DNA of 64,000 nt, taken from positions 3,782,001-3,846,000 of the forward strand of contig NC_082717.1 in NCBI RefSeq assembly GCF_030144855.1, given 5' to 3'. Source of the stretch: Hypanus sabinus (Eukaryota). Positions 62,010 to 64,000 of this stretch are shown here, in pieces; within the stretch, counting starts at the first letter, position 1, and every line of letters starts with the position of its first letter. The notes under the pieces were generated by a model that made no database searches, had not been told where the DNA came from, and saw only the letters and a list, made by a program, of their open reading frames with translations. The translations under genes were made by a program, and so were the position numbers.

Positions 62010-62740
62010 TGATCTCTATTGTCAAGGCAGGAGGAGTAGGGACAGGTGTGGCACTTCTTCTGCTTGCAAGGATAGGTGTCAGGAGGGAGATCAGTGGGGA
62101 GGGATGGATGGACAAGGGAGTTGCTTAGGGAGCCATTTTCGTGGAAAGTGTGGGGAGGGAAAGATGTGCTTGGTGGTGGGATCCCATTGGAGTTGGCACA
62201 AGTTATGGAGGATAATGTGCAGAACATGATGGCTGATGGGGTGGTAGGTGAGGACAAGAGGAACCCTATCCCTGGTGGGGTGGCGGGTGGATGTGGTGAG
62301 GGCAGACGTGAGTGAAATGGAAGAGATGCAGGTGAGGTTGATGGTGCAGTAAGAAAAGCCCCTTTCTTTGAAGAAAGAGGGCATCTCATTAGTTCTGGAA
62401 TTGAAAACCTCATCCTGTGAGCAGATGTGGCAGAGATGGAGGAATTGAGCGAATGGGAGGACACTTTTACAAGTGACAGGGTGGGAAGAGGTACAGTCCA
62501 GGTAGCTGTGAGAGTCAGTGGGAGAAAAAAAACACAAAATGCTGGAGAAACTCAGCAGGCCAGACTGGATCTATGGAAAAGAATAAACAGTTGATGTTTC
62601 AGGCCTAGACCCTTCAATAGGACGGACAAAAGAGATTAGAAGTTAGAGTAAGAAGGCGGGGTGAGAAGAGGAAGAAGTACATGGTAGTAATTTCTTTTTT
62701 TCTTGTCCTGATGAAGGGTCTTGGCCTGAAATGTCATTTT
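62010..62740 (-). mobile_element. Penelope-like element fragment and tails
   Basis: PTDSHSYLDCTSSHP..CK..LPFAQFL, RVPLVLTYHP, PDTYPCKQKKCHTCPY. Confidence 0.88.
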
Positions 62741-63800
62741 GTGTGTATAACTTTTCTATAGCTGTGCTGACAGTTAAGGAGTTATAGTCACTGTTTTCTA
62801 TCAGTTCACCCACTGAGACTCCACTACAAGGTCATTTGTCTTATTCTGTACACTGTGTGCATTCAAGAATAATACCTTCAGCCTTTATGGTTTTGGCCCT
62901 GGTTACGTTTTAACTAATCACAGTGCTGCAATGGTGCCCTAGTGTCTGCCTGTCCTTACTCACAGTCTCACTACACACTGAATCTAGTTGAATACCAACT
63001 GCCCATCATCAGCCCTATCACCGTTTCTCATACCCTCCGCCAATTTAGTTTAATCTCTCCATAACAGCTCCAGCAAACCTGCCCACAAGGATATTGGTCC
63101 CCCTTGGGTTCAAGTGTAACCTGGCCTTTTGTACAGGTCATAGCTTCCCCAGAAGAGATCCCAACGATGCAGAAATCTGAAACCCTGCTCCTTGCAGCCA
63201 CACACTCATCTGCTGTTCTTACTCTCACTGCCACGTGGCAGAGATTACTACCCCGGAGACCCTGCTTTTCAGCTTTCGGACTAACCCCCTATATTCTCTC
63301 TTCAGGACCTCCTCCCTTTTCCTATCACAGCTTCCAGCTGTTCAGCCTCCCCCTTTGGAGTGCTGTAGACCTGATCAGAGACATCCCTGACCGTGACATC
63401 TGACAGGCAACATACCCCTAGGGTGCCTCTTTCACATCCACAGAATCTGCTTTCTGCTCCTCCAGCTGTAGAATCCCCTATCACTGCCGCACTGCTCTTC
63501 CCCCCACCCCCCCCCTTCTCAGCCAGAGACAAACTCAGTGCCAGAGGCCGGAACACTGCAGCTTCTCTCTGGCAGGTCATCCCTGCATCCAAAGTAGCAT
63601 ACTTATTACTGAGGGGATTGACACAGGGGAGCTCAGCAGACTGCCTATTACCTCTTCCTCTCCTGACTCACCAAAGTACCTGCCCCCTGCATCTTAAGGG
63701 TGACTACCTCCCTGTAGCTCTAATCTATTACCTCCTCATTTTCCTGTATCAGCCAAAGGTCATCGAGCTCAAGCTAAAGGGTCAGCATGTCTTGTAGACC
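62740..63800 (-). mobile_element. Degenerate CR1 ORF1/EN fragments
   Basis: AVIGDSTAGG..RFCGCERG..VCCL.DVTVRDVSD (esterase region). Confidence 0.8.
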
Positions 63801-64000
63801 GAAGGGCCTGCACTGTGCTGTAAAGCTCTTTGTTCCCTTCTCTCAGTCATTTTCACTTGAGAACTTCTTTTTACTCTCTTTGGTCTTGGTGTGATTGGGT
63901 TGTCAGGGAGGGGTAGCACCTTTGATGGGGTAGAAATTAGATTAACACTGTGCAACTCCTCCTTATTTTAAACTAAGTCTTTGTGCAAGTCACTCTCATC

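Overview
Vertebrate genomic DNA, most likely a cartilaginous fish (ray or shark). This is inferred from the repeat landscape: dense CR1 LINEs, Penelope-like elements, Rex1/Babar, L1, an R4/Dong-type LINE, tRNA-derived SINEs, solo LTRs and a mariner-derived MITE. By eye the large majority of the window is transposon-derived, and I found no intact autonomous element. One host gene is visible, on the minus strand: an antigen-receptor-like immunoglobulin-superfamily gene. A 49-nt signal-peptide exon (35166-35214) splices in phase across a 23.3-kb repeat-filled intron to a single 363-nt exon (11489-11851). That exon encodes a complete V domain already fused to a J-like FGKGT strand, with no recombination signal sequences. 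The downstream exons (C domain or stalk, and TM) are not clearly inside the window. Secondary points of interest are a twin-primed (5'-inverted) L1, a 132-bp tract apparently copied between two sites 9.2 kb apart, a hairpin mariner MITE, and three microhomology-seeded tandem repeats. Repeat boundaries are manual estimates (about +/-20-50 bp) unless a TSD is quoted. No database searches were run.
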